The notes beneath the pieces were generated by a model that did no database searches, had not been told where the DNA came from, and saw only the letters and a program-made list of their open reading frames with translations. Shown piece after piece: positions 8,250 to 17,847 of a DNA stretch of 32,000 bases. How positions within the stretch are numbered: position 1 is the stretch's first letter; every line of letters starts with the position of its first letter. A program made the translations under genes and the position numbers. Source of the stretch: Pseudoalteromonas translucida KMM 520 (GTDB taxonomy: Bacteria; Pseudomonadota; Gammaproteobacteria; Enterobacterales; Alteromonadaceae); the NCBI RefSeq assembly GCF_001465295.1, contig NZ_CP011034.1, forward strand, positions 2,850,001 through 2,882,000. Reading direction: 5' to 3'.

Positions 8250-11200
8250 TTGCTCATTTTATTTAGTATTCCTGGAGTGGCTGTGATCATTTTTACGTTA
8301 TTACTAGAACGTAACTATTCAATTAAGCAAAGTGAGCTACAAGCAACCAATATTGCCAACCGTTTTTCATTACAACAAAAAAATATGCTTGACGATATTG
8401 AGCGTTTAGCGCGCTATATCGCACAACAAGAAAGCAACCATGATGAGTTACTAACCTCCTGCCCTGACTATTTTGAGCTCTTTAAGTCACTCTACAATAA
8501 TGTTGCTAATATTGGCCTGATTGGCTTGCAGGGGGATGTTAGTTGCGCCACATCGGGGCAAGTAAAAAATATAAATATTGCAGATAGAGATTATTTTAAA
8601 AATGCAGTAAATAGCGACATGCTATCTGTAGGCTATTTTCAGTTAGATCGAAGTTTACAAACAACAACGGTAAATTTTGCGCTGTCGTTAAAAAACACCA
8701 CCGGAGTTACCAAAGGCGTTATTGTCATAGTAATTGCCTTAGATTGGTGGAATGCAGCAATAAATGAAATTAACTTACCTGATGAATCGTTAGTTGCCAT
8801 TGTTGACTCTAACAATAAAGTTTTAGCTCACTACCCAAAAAACACTACTTTAATAGGTAAAAGTATTACCCAAAGTTATGTAGAGTCGACACAGGCTGAC
8901 TCTCATTTTATAACAGATGAGCAAGGTGTTACCCGTATTTTTTCTCGCTCAACTATTTATAATGATCCACATAATAACAACTTAGATATTTATATTGGTT
9001 TACCCGTCACCGATGTTTTAGCACAAATAAACCATAACTTTATAATCTCTTTAACTGTATTTATAACCTTTTTATTACTGCTAACATTTATTGCCTACAA
9101 ACTACTAAAAGTAAGTATTTTTACACCTATTAATAACCTAACTAAAGCAACCGACAGTTTAGCAAGTGGCATTATGCCATCTGAGCAAAATGACTCTCCT
9201 AACAGCCCCGAACTCAAGGTTTTATATCAACGCTTTAAAGTAATGGCTGAAACTCGCTTAGCTACTGAGGCTAACCTTAAAAATAAACACGATGAGTTAA
9301 CCAGTTTATTAAGTGCGCTGCCAGATAGTTACTTAAAGATTAACAACAAAGGTGATGTCTCTAATATTGGGGGCTCATTTAACATTCCTGGCGTTACGCA
9401 ATCGGTAAACAACTTAACTTTAGCTAGTTTTATTACTGAGGGTAATGCACAGTTAATTCTCAATAACCTCCCTACTTCAACTGCAAAAAACTCAAGTAAC
9501 TTAGAGTTTACCTTGCAAAGTCAAACTGACATTAAAAGCTTTGAAGCCAGAATAAACCCGATGCAAACTAATCATGAGTTTGTAGTAGTGCTACGCGATA
9601 TAACCCAACGTAAACAAAATGAAGAAGCCCTACACTTAGCGGCGCTTGTGTACGGTAACAGTAGTGAAGGAATGGCTATAACCGACGAAAATGGCATTAT
9701 ATTCGATGTTAACCCTGCTTTTAGCAAAACCACGCTTTTTTCTAAAGAGGAAGTAATTAATAAAACGATCAGTGTTTTGTCCTCTGGCAAGCACGATAAA
9801 ACATTTTATCAGGCTCTGTGGGCAGAACTAACAAGCACGGGGCGTTGGCAGGGAGAAATCATTAATCGCCGTAAAAATGGTGAGCTTTACGTGGAATGGT
9901 TAACTATAGATACTGTGTATGATGACAATAACATGCCGGTTCGTCGTATAGCTATATTTACAGACTTAACAGAAAAAAAACAAGCCGATGCACTTATTTG
10001 GAAACAAGCTCACTTTGATCACCTTACTGACCTACCTAATAGACTTGAATTAAAGAATCGTTTAAATGAGTGTTTTACACGTTTAGAAAATAATGCCGAG
10101 CAACTGGTTATTATGTTGCTCGACATAGATCACTTTAAAGACGTTAACGACACTTTAGGGCACCATTATGGCGATGCTTTACTTAAATTTGTGTCGCAGC
10201 GTATTTTAGAGTCAGCAAAAAATGCTGAGTTTGTTGCCCGCATTGGCGGCGACGAATTTGTAATCGTATTTAGTAAAATTAAAGAGCAGCATATAAAACA
10301 AATAGCTGAAAATATTTTACTTAGCTTGTCATCGGCTATTTATATTGAAAACGAAGAGTTGTTTATTAGTGCCAGTATAGGTATTGCCTCAGCCCCTAAT
10401 GATGGCGAAAATACTGAGCAGTTACTTAAAGCAGCCGATCAAGCAATGTATAAAGCAAAAGTTAATGGCCGTAATGGCTTTGAGTTTTTCTCCCATGACA
10501 TGCGCGAAAAAGCACAAATGCGTATGCTGCTACTTAAAGAATTACGAACAGCAATAGAGCTTGAACAGTTTGAATTATTTTATCAACCAATCGTCTGCCT
10601 TAAAGACTTGCACGTACACAAAGCTGAAGGATTAATTCGTTGGCGTCATCCTGAAAAAGGCTTAATAAGCCCTGCTGACTTTATTCCGTTAGCTGAGGAA
10701 ACACGACAAATAAATACACTTGGGCAATTTGTTTTCTCCCAAGCATTACAAACACTCAACGATATAAAAGCGCACATAACCAATGATTTTCAGCTGAGCG
10801 TTAATGTATCGCCAATACAGCTATCTACCCCAGATAGCGGGATAGATGAATGGGGAGCTATGCTTAATGCAGCAAACCTGCCTGCATCATCAATTGTTGC
10901 TGAAATAACAGAAGGCTTAATGGTCAACCCTGAGGCTTTAACACAAAGCCGTTTAAAGGCACTGGTTCAGTCTGGAATGCAATTAGCCCTTGATGATTTT
11001 GGCACCGGTTACTCTTCTCTCGCTTACTTACAAGAAATGGATACCGACTACCTTAAAATAGATAAACGCTTTGTTGATAACATTAATAAAGGTAGCCAGG
11101 AGCTGGTATTGTGCAAAACTATTATAGTTATGGCGCATCAGTTAGGGCTAAAAGTAATTGCTGAAGGAATAGAAACCAAGCAGCAAATGCAACTGTTACT

Positions 11201-11306
11201 TGAAGCTGGTTGCGACTATGGGCAGGGCTATTTATTTTCGAAACCCTTACCTAAAGAGCAGTTTATGAGCTTACTAACCACAAGCCAAATCATTGCATTA
11301 AAATAA
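8250..11306 (+). CDS. Membrane sensor c-di-GMP protein: TM-Cache-TM-HAMP-PAS-PAS-GGDEF-EAL
   Basis: 1018-aa ORF. It contains the Cache signature ADRDYFKNA, a second TM (ISLTVFITFLLLLTFIAY), a PAS region (RKQNEEALHLAALVYGNSSEGMAITDENG), an intact GGDEF motif (RIGGDEFVIVF, about 10240-10270) and an EAL domain with an EGLIR variant (about 10621-10640). DDFGTGYSSL, KIDK, EGIET and QGY are conserved. The start codon is uncertain; the TTG at 8250 has no RBS (see findings). Confidence 0.9.
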   Translation: MLILFSIPGVAVIIFTLLLERNYSIKQSELQATNIANRFSLQQKNMLDDIERLARYIAQQESNHDELLTSCPDYFELFKSLYNNVANIGLIGLQGDVSCATSGQVKNINIADRDYFKNAVNSDMLSVGYFQLDRSLQTTTVNFALSLKNTTGVTKGVIVIVIALDWWNAAINEINLPDESLVAIVDSNNKVLAHYPKNTTLIGKSITQSYVESTQADSHFITDEQGVTRIFSRSTIYNDPHNNNLDIYIGLPVTDVLAQINHNFIISLTVFITFLLLLTFIAYKLLKVSIFTPINNLTKATDSLASGIMPSEQNDSPNSPELKVLYQRFKVMAETRLATEANLKNKHDELTSLLSALPDSYLKINNKGDVSNIGGSFNIPGVTQSVNNLTLASFITEGNAQLILNNLPTSTAKNSSNLEFTLQSQTDIKSFEARINPMQTNHEFVVVLRDITQRKQNEEALHLAALVYGNSSEGMAITDENGIIFDVNPAFSKTTLFSKEEVINKTISVLSSGKHDKTFYQALWAELTSTGRWQGEIINRRKNGELYVEWLTIDTVYDDNNMPVRRIAIFTDLTEKKQADALIWKQAHFDHLTDLPNRLELKNRLNECFTRLENNAEQLVIMLLDIDHFKDVNDTLGHHYGDALLKFVSQRILESAKNAEFVARIGGDEFVIVFSKIKEQHIKQIAENILLSLSSAIYIENEELFISASIGIASAPNDGENTEQLLKAADQAMYKAKVNGRNGFEFFSHDMREKAQMRMLLLKELRTAIELEQFELFYQPIVCLKDLHVHKAEGLIRWRHPEKGLISPADFIPLAEETRQINTLGQFVFSQALQTLNDIKAHITNDFQLSVNVSPIQLSTPDSGIDEWGAMLNAANLPASSIVAEITEGLMVNPEALTQSRLKALVQSGMQLALDDFGTGYSSLAYLQEMDTDYLKIDKRFVDNINKGSQELVLCKTIIVMAHQLGLKVIAEGIETKQQMQLLLEAGCDYGQGYLFSKPLPKEQFMSLLTTSQIIALK

Positions 11307-11331
11307 CCACAGCGTTAATACCAAGCACTTG

Positions 11332-11357
11332 CCAAGTACTCAATTATGAGTACTTGG
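11332..11357. terminator. Perfect 11-bp-stem hairpin between convergent genes
   Basis: ccaagtactca-atta-tgagtacttgg lies between the GGDEF-EAL stop (11306) and the yihY-like stop (11366). There is no long T-tract on either side. Confidence 0.45.
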
Positions 11358-11365
11358 GTAATAAA

Positions 11366-12325
11366 TTACCTATTAGGCTCTTTCACATCAAGATGATCGG
11401 CAACATAGGCTCCGCGCTCACCTCTTTTTTTATCTGGGCCTATTGTACTATCTATTGCAGTTTGTTGCTCTGATGCAGCATTGATTGTCGCTCCTAAAAT
11501 TATAATATAAGCACTAATGTAAAGCCACATCAGCATAATAACCACCCCACCTAACGAGCCATAAGTTTCGTTATAACTGGCAAATTTCGATACATAAAAT
11601 GAAAAACCAATTGAAGCGACTATCCATAATATTGTAGCAATAACAGATCCTAAGGTGATCCAACGCCACTTAGCAGGTTTACGATGCGGCGCGTAGCGAT
11701 ATAAAAGCACTAAGGCAAAGTTAAAAGTAAATGCTAATAAAGGCCATGAAATAAACGTGATGAGTAAATCTATATTTTCTTGTAATCCCACTAAATTAAG
11801 TACTACCGGTAAAATACCAATAATTAACAGCGCAAAAATAGCCACTACAATAGCGCCAATCGAAAACAAAAAGCGTACAAGTTGTGCTTTAAAAAAAGAG
11901 CGCTTTTCATATTCCTGATAACTTATATTACAGGCTGTAATTAATGCTTGGCTGCCCTTTGAACTACTCCAAATAGTTAGTATTAATGTGCTAATTGCGC
12001 TCAAACTCAAGCTAGTACCTGATTTTTGGGCAATACTGGCTATTTGCGACAAAATTAACTCTCCGGTACTCTCTGGTAGCAGCGCAATAACCTGACTTAA
12101 ATGTGCTCCTATATCTGTAGGTGATGCAAAATAGGCATAAACAGATACAAGTGCAGCAAGCGCCGGAAAAATAGCCAGTAGCGCATAAAATGCAACGCCA
12201 GCGGCCACTAACGATAAATTATCACGACTCAGTTGAGTAAAAATACGCTTAGTAATATCCCACCAACCAAGCAACGGAATGTTTACTGGTTGTTGTGCAT
12301 CTTGACCACGTTTTACATCGCTCAT
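11366..12325 (-). CDS. YihY/BrkB (ribonuclease BN-like) family inner membrane protein
   Basis: Polytopic membrane protein with the family-typical N-terminus WWDITKRIFTQLSRDNLSLVAAGVAFYALLAIFPAL. The start is moved to ATG 12325 (MSDVKRG...) because AAGGAG sits 6 nt upstream. The ORF-track start at 12379 adds 18 implausible residues. Confidence 0.88.
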   Translation of the reverse strand: MSDVKRGQDAQQPVNIPLLGWWDITKRIFTQLSRDNLSLVAAGVAFYALLAIFPALAALVSVYAYFASPTDIGAHLSQVIALLPESTGELILSQIASIAQKSGTSLSLSAISTLILTIWSSSKGSQALITACNISYQEYEKRSFFKAQLVRFLFSIGAIVVAIFALLIIGILPVVLNLVGLQENIDLLITFISWPLLAFTFNFALVLLYRYAPHRKPAKWRWITLGSVIATILWIVASIGFSFYVSKFASYNETYGSLGGVVIMLMWLYISAYIIILGATINAASEQQTAIDSTIGPDKKRGERGAYVADHLDVKEPNR

Positions 12326-12362
12326 TTTCAACTCCTTTGTTATATAGCAGTAAGAGAGCAAA

Positions 12363-13520
12363 ATGTTTGCCAACACCAATGCGCTTGGTATTAAACTTGC
12401 TATTATTGTTTATAAAGATGATTTAACACGGATAACACCCATGCTCAGTGCTTTAAATAACATTATAACTGCAGTTAATGCAGCCCCTGCTACTCCAAGC
12501 ATTAAAGCCGATGTATTGTCGTGGGCATTTTTGCAAGAGCAAAGCATGCAATTCCTACATGTAGTAGTGCAAACCTTACCCACCCTGTTTTTAGGGTTTA
12601 TTATAGTTGTAATAAGTTACATGCTTGCCAGGCCGCTATCACGCCTATTAATTAAACCTATTGAATATTTAACCGATAGTGCACTTATTCATTTGGTTAT
12701 AAGGCGAAGTATAAGTATTTTAATCCTACTATTGGGTATTTACTTGTTTTTACGTTTAGCTGGGCTGACACAGTTTGCCGTAGCTATAATGAGTGGCACA
12801 GGTTTGATAGGGCTTATTCTCGGTTTTGCATTTAGAGATATTGCCGAAAATTTTATAGCCAGTTTATTATTAAGCATACAACGCCCTTTTAAAATAGATG
12901 ATGTAATTGAGGTAGAAGGCCGCCTCGGCATAGTTAAAAAAGTAACCGCTCGCGCAACCACTTTAGTTGACTACGACGGTAACCATATTCAAATACCTAA
13001 TGCCACTGTGTATAAAAATATTATTAAAAACCTCACTGCCAACCCTAAAATGCGCGGCAAAGTAGAAATAGGCATAGGGTATGATAACGATATACGCAGT
13101 GCACAAACCCTAGCCCTCACAATTGCAAACCAACAAAACGCAGTATTAACCGATCCACCCGCGCAGGTATTAATTAAAAACCTAGGCTCATCAACAATTA
13201 ACTTTACGTTATTTTTTTGGGTTAATAGCGAGCAATTCAGCACTGCTAAAGTTGCCTCACAGCTAATGCGAGAATTAGTAAACGAATTTACTAGTCATAA
13301 TATCAGCATGCCAGATGATGCCAGAGAACGCATTATACTTAGCGATCCTAACCTTGAAGCTGTAAACCCAGAAAAAAGTGAGCCTATTGCGCCAACTAAA
13401 AAAGTATCGGAAACACAAACTCAAACCAAAAACTTAGATGACGTAAGCAGCGACACCGATGAAATACGCGAGCAAGCAGATCAATCCCGCGATCCCGAGC
13501 AAGGTAAAAATATTATATAG
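12363..13520 (+). CDS. Mechanosensitive ion channel (MscS) family protein
   Basis: 385-aa ORF with TM helices, then the MscS pore and beta-domain signature GLIGLILGFAFRDIAENFIASLLLSIQRPFKIDDVIEVEGRLGIVKKVTARATTL. The start is uncertain; the alternative ATG at 12441 (MLSALNN...) would leave a more conventional divergent intergenic region. Confidence 0.85.
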   Translation: MFANTNALGIKLAIIVYKDDLTRITPMLSALNNIITAVNAAPATPSIKADVLSWAFLQEQSMQFLHVVVQTLPTLFLGFIIVVISYMLARPLSRLLIKPIEYLTDSALIHLVIRRSISILILLLGIYLFLRLAGLTQFAVAIMSGTGLIGLILGFAFRDIAENFIASLLLSIQRPFKIDDVIEVEGRLGIVKKVTARATTLVDYDGNHIQIPNATVYKNIIKNLTANPKMRGKVEIGIGYDNDIRSAQTLALTIANQQNAVLTDPPAQVLIKNLGSSTINFTLFFWVNSEQFSTAKVASQLMRELVNEFTSHNISMPDDARERIILSDPNLEAVNPEKSEPIAPTKKVSETQTQTKNLDDVSSDTDEIREQADQSRDPEQGKNII

Positions 13521-13590
13521 TTAAAAATCAGGGAGCTACTTTTATAAGGTCGTATCAGGTTATATCGAACCTACTTTTATTTTAGACACA

Positions 13591-13625
13591 AAAAAGCCCG
13601 CAGTTTGCACTGCGGGCTTTTTATT
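13591..13625. terminator. Bidirectional rho-independent terminator (MscS gene on +, rnpB on -)
   Basis: aaaaAGCCCGCAGtttgcaCTGCGGGCTtttt: a 9-bp GC-rich stem flanked by an A-run and a T-run. Confidence 0.8.
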
Positions 13626-13629
13626 GAAT

Positions 13630-13994
<365 letters not shown>

Positions 13995-14001
13995 GGCGCG
14001 G

Positions 14002-14007
14002 ATTATA
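14002..14007 (-). promoter_or_regulatory. Putative rnpB -10 box (perfect TATAAT)
   Basis: Minus strand reads TATAATccgcgccGAGTTAGCC, placing the hexamer 7 nt upstream of the predicted mature 5' end. No good -35 was found in the 30 nt between it and the rsmI stop. Confidence 0.45.
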
Positions 14008-14037
14008 CCTGAGGATAATGCCAAGCGCAGTAAAGAT

Positions 14038-14895
14038 TTACCCTTTTTCGTCAATTATTGTTTTATACAGCGCATTTTTTTTCATACCAAAGTAATCGGC
14101 TACAATACCGCAGGCTTTTTTCATTGGCATTTCGCTTTCAAGCAGCGCTAGCATTTTACGTGCTTCAGGCGGTACGTCGTCTATTAGCTTAGGTTTACCC
14201 GGCAACATGAGTACTATTTCGCCGCGCTGCTTGGTAGGATCGTTAGTTAAAAATGCTCTTAACTCACTCACACTGCCATTAAAAAATGTTTCAAAGGTTT
14301 TAGTCAGCTCTTTAGCAAACACTACTTGTTGATCATCGCCAAGTGCCTCGGCTAAGTCATCAAGGCTTGCCATAATACGATGGGTACTTTCATACATTAT
14401 GCTAGTAATGCCAGAGTTAACCGCATCGATAAAAAATTCTTGGCGTGCTTTACTTTTTGCTGGTGTAAAACCAACAAATTGAAAGCGATCAGTTGGTAAG
14501 CCAGAACAACATACAGCGGTAATTGCAGCGCATGCTCCAGGAATGGGTGTAACATGTGCGCCTTGCTCGCGGCATAAATTAACCACCGCATAGCCAGGAT
14601 CACTGATCAAAGGTGTGCCCGCGTCTGATACCAAGGCTATATTTAAGCCTTGATTGAGCTGATCGATAATTTGTTGTGCTTTTTGCTTTTCGTTATGATC
14701 GTGTAAAGCAAAGGTTTTAGCCTTGATACCAAAGTGGCTAAGTAGCTTGCCAGTATGGCGTGTGTCTTCAGCAGCGATTAAGTCAACTTGCGATAATGTC
14801 GCGATTGCACGCTGACTTAAGTCGTCATAATTGCCAATTGGGGTGGCTACAATGTAAAGAGTGCCAATTTTCTGTGAATTCTCCTCATTTAACAT
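14038..14895 (-). CDS. rsmI: 16S rRNA (cytidine1402-2'-O)-methyltransferase RsmI
   Basis: 285-aa ORF, colinear with E. coli RsmI: LYIVATPIGN, LIAAEDTRHTGKLL, ALVSDAGTPLISDPGY, YESTHRI, KKNALYK. Confidence 0.95.
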   Translation of the reverse strand: MLNEENSQKIGTLYIVATPIGNYDDLSQRAIATLSQVDLIAAEDTRHTGKLLSHFGIKAKTFALHDHNEKQKAQQIIDQLNQGLNIALVSDAGTPLISDPGYAVVNLCREQGAHVTPIPGACAAITAVCCSGLPTDRFQFVGFTPAKSKARQEFFIDAVNSGITSIMYESTHRIMASLDDLAEALGDDQQVVFAKELTKTFETFFNGSVSELRAFLTNDPTKQRGEIVLMLPGKPKLIDDVPPEARKMLALLESEMPMKKACGIVADYFGMKKNALYKTIIDEKG

Positions 14896-14956
14896 TGAGG
14901 TCTCCTGCGTCAGTCAGTAATATAAGCAAATCGCGTTAACGTATTGGGAAATCATT

Positions 14957-16834
14957 GTGCGACTTAAACTAGTTAGTCTATTAATTATATTGTCAGGGTT
15001 ATCGGCGTGTAGCACAACCGAAAAACCAACTAAAAACAGTGATAACTTCAGTAACAGTGCCAATGCACTAAAAAACCAAGCTAATAGTGCGTTATCTATC
15101 TATCAATTGGCGCAAAATCGCCAAGGTGCCGATAAAATACAGTTACTTTATAGTGCACGCGATGCTGCAGTGAATGAGCAAAGTTGGTCGTTATTAGAAA
15201 AGGTATGCGGTGAGTTAGAATTAACCCCAAGTGTTGATCAGATTCAAAATCGTCTTTATATTGCGTTTGCGCAAAAGCAGCAAAATAAAAACGCTCAAGC
15301 GTTAGTTATTTTGCAGTCGTTAGATGGTCAACTTAAACAGCCTGAACATTTTGCCTGGCATCAATTTTTAACCGCCAGTGTGTATGCATCGCAAGACTTT
15401 GCGAAACGCGCGGCCCCTTACTTTTTTGCAGCGTCTGAGTCTGCTACTAAAAATAATATTGATATTGCACAGCTAAACCAGAACTTATGGGATAACTTAA
15501 AAAAGCTTTCCTCTTATACACTTGAACGCTTTAACAGAGGATCGGTTATTCAACAAGGTTGGGTTAACCTTGCTTTGTACCATCAAGTTTATGCTGGCAG
15601 TGCCGTTGAACTTGACCAAGCTATTAATAATTGGTTGAGACGCTACCCCGGGCACCCTGCTAGAGTCATTTTACCTAAACAAGATGAGTTAGTGAATGAT
15701 TTAACGCCTGTAATAATAGAGCGTTTAGTTGTACTACTGCCGCAATCTGGTGCTAATGAACGCTTAGGTAATGCACTTAAAGCCGGCGTACTTGCAGCAC
15801 TTGATCAGCAAAGCATTAATGAAACCATTTTTATTGATGAAAACAGTGATGTAGATGAAATCACCGCTAAAATAGCGCAAATAAAACCCGATTTTGTTGT
15901 TGGTCCACTGTTAAAAGCGAATATAGATAAACTTGCTAATGCGCAAGTGCTTATAGACATACCTACTCTGCATTTAAATACCTTTGATGGTGAGCGGCTT
16001 TCGTTACAGCACTACTTTTTTGCCCTTAACCCAGAGCATGAAGTACAACAAGCATTAGAGCACTTTTTAGCTCAGGGCTATCAAAAGCCAATGTTACTTG
16101 CGCCTAATAATGCAAACGGGCAGCGTTTGGTTGATTACTTTAACCTGCAGTGGCAACGCTATAGCGAAACCAAACCACAAATTGGCTTTTATAACGGTAA
16201 TCAAGACATGCCTGATACGATTACCAGCTTACTCGAGGTTGATAAAAGTAAAGAGCGGATCAAAACCGTTAAAACTTTATTTAAGCAAGAAGTCGAAAAC
16301 GAAACACGCTCGCGCAGCGATATAGACGCTATTTATATTTTAGGCGATGCCATAGAAACCCGTTTAATAAAGCCGTATTTAGACGTTAATGTAAGTACCT
16401 TTGCTGATAGGATCCCGCTTTATGCTAGTTCTAAAAGTCATAGTAGCCAAATTGATCGTACCGATAAAGGCGACTTAGATGGCTTATACTTCACCGAACT
16501 TCCTTGGATGTTAAAGTCGCAAATTAAACAGCATAATCTTCGCCAACAATACGAAACATTGTGGCCAGAACATGCTGATATTAGTCAGCGTTTATTTGCT
16601 ATGGCCTACGATGCAGTAACTATATTACATGACATTAAACAACTAAGCCTTTCCCCTGGGAATCAGTTTAGCGGTTTAAGTGGTAAGCTCTCGGTTAATA
16701 CTAGCGGGCATATTGAACGCACATTAGACTGGGCGCAATATACCAATCGTCGGATTAAGGCAGTACAACTAAAAACACAACGCCCTGTGCCGTTATTTAT
16801 GCAATCAGCCAGTGACATATACATTACCGAATAA
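14957..16834 (+). CDS. lpoA: Penicillin-binding protein activator LpoA (outer-membrane lipoprotein)
   Basis: 625-aa ORF with a GTG start and a lipoprotein signal with lipobox LSGLSAC. TPR-like N-terminal half and a periplasmic-binding-protein-like C-terminal half. Divergent from rsmI and followed by yraN-diaA-dolP as in E. coli. Confidence 0.88.
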   Translation: MRLKLVSLLIILSGLSACSTTEKPTKNSDNFSNSANALKNQANSALSIYQLAQNRQGADKIQLLYSARDAAVNEQSWSLLEKVCGELELTPSVDQIQNRLYIAFAQKQQNKNAQALVILQSLDGQLKQPEHFAWHQFLTASVYASQDFAKRAAPYFFAASESATKNNIDIAQLNQNLWDNLKKLSSYTLERFNRGSVIQQGWVNLALYHQVYAGSAVELDQAINNWLRRYPGHPARVILPKQDELVNDLTPVIIERLVVLLPQSGANERLGNALKAGVLAALDQQSINETIFIDENSDVDEITAKIAQIKPDFVVGPLLKANIDKLANAQVLIDIPTLHLNTFDGERLSLQHYFFALNPEHEVQQALEHFLAQGYQKPMLLAPNNANGQRLVDYFNLQWQRYSETKPQIGFYNGNQDMPDTITSLLEVDKSKERIKTVKTLFKQEVENETRSRSDIDAIYILGDAIETRLIKPYLDVNVSTFADRIPLYASSKSHSSQIDRTDKGDLDGLYFTELPWMLKSQIKQHNLRQQYETLWPEHADISQRLFAMAYDAVTILHDIKQLSLSPGNQFSGLSGKLSVNTSGHIERTLDWAQYTNRRIKAVQLKTQRPVPLFMQSASDIYITE

Positions 16835-16847
16835 CTAAGGGGGCTAC

Positions 16848-17219
16848 ATGTCTTGGTTTAAACAGCTGTGGCAAAACAGTCGTGAAAAAGGCCAGTATTA
16901 TGAGCTCCAGGCACAAAAGTATTTAGTTTCTCAAGGGTTAATAGCAATTGAGCGCAACTATTACTGCCCCTTTGGCGAACTTGATGTAATTATGAAAGAC
17001 GGTAACACTTTGGTTTTTGTGGAAGTTAAGTTTCGTAAAAACCACGCACGCGGCGGCGCTAATTACGCATTAAGTATACAAAAACAAGCACGCTTAAAAC
17101 GCAGTATTTATCATTACTTAGCCGCTAAAAACCTAACAAATCAGCCGTTAAGAATCGATTATGTAGCAATCACTGGAGAGCCGTCTATGCATATTAACTG
17201 GCTCAAAAACGTATTTTAA
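16848..17219 (+). CDS. yraN: UPF0102 family protein YraN (endonuclease-like fold)
   Basis: 123-aa ORF with the conserved core GELDVIMKDGNTLVFVEVKFR and synteny with lpoA and diaA. Confidence 0.9.
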   Translation: MSWFKQLWQNSREKGQYYELQAQKYLVSQGLIAIERNYYCPFGELDVIMKDGNTLVFVEVKFRKNHARGGANYALSIQKQARLKRSIYHYLAAKNLTNQPLRIDYVAITGEPSMHINWLKNVF

Positions 17220-17253
17220 AAACAAAGAACTAGGTATAAATTGTTGGTATTCT

Positions 17254-17847
17254 ATGCAAGACACAATTAAAGAAATTTTTACAGAAAGCATTCAAGTACA
17301 AATAGCAGCGGGTGAGGTATTACCCAGTGCATTAGAGTCGGCCGCTTTTACCATTGCTCAAAGCCTGATAAACGGCAATAAGCTTATTTGCTGCGGTACA
17401 GCTAACTGCCATATGCTTGCTCAGCACATGGCTGGTGTTTTAGTTAATCATTATGAAACCGAGCGCCCTTGCCTACCTGCTATTGCGTTATCGCAAGAGA
17501 GTATTAACTTAGGGCAAAGTACTCAAGTTGACGATTACGACACGTTTGCTCGTCAAGTGCGTGCCTTTGCTCAACAAGGTGACTTACTGCTGGCACTGGC
17601 TATTAATGGTAATGAAAAACAAATTATTTCGGCGGTAGAGGCGGCACTAACTAAGGATATGAAGGTCATAGTTATGGTTGGTGATGACGGTGGTGAACTA
17701 GTTGGTTTACTTGGCCCTAATGATGTTGAAATTAGAACGCCTTCTAAACGCCCAAGCCGTATTATCGAGTCGCATTTAGTTAACTTACATTGTTTAAGTG
17801 AACTGGTTGATTTAACACTTTTCCCGCAGGATGAAAATTATGTTTAA
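17254..17847 (+). CDS. diaA: DnaA initiator-associating protein DiaA (SIS domain)
   Basis: 197-aa ORF colinear with E. coli DiaA: CFTESIQ-like FTESIQVQIAA, NGNKLICCG, ETERPCLPAIAL, GGELVGLLGPNDVEIRTPS. Confidence 0.9.
   Translation: MQDTIKEIFTESIQVQIAAGEVLPSALESAAFTIAQSLINGNKLICCGTANCHMLAQHMAGVLVNHYETERPCLPAIALSQESINLGQSTQVDDYDTFARQVRAFAQQGDLLLALAINGNEKQIISAVEAALTKDMKVIVMVGDDGGELVGLLGPNDVEIRTPSKRPSRIIESHLVNLHCLSELVDLTLFPQDENYV

Noticed and set aside
12326-12379. N-terminal 18 codons of the yihY-like ORF overlapping the MscS ORF start
   Set aside because: A strong AAGGAG-N6-ATG at 12325 and the family-typical N-terminus argue for the shorter gene. The extension (MVLANILLSYCYITKELK) looks like translated RBS and promoter sequence.
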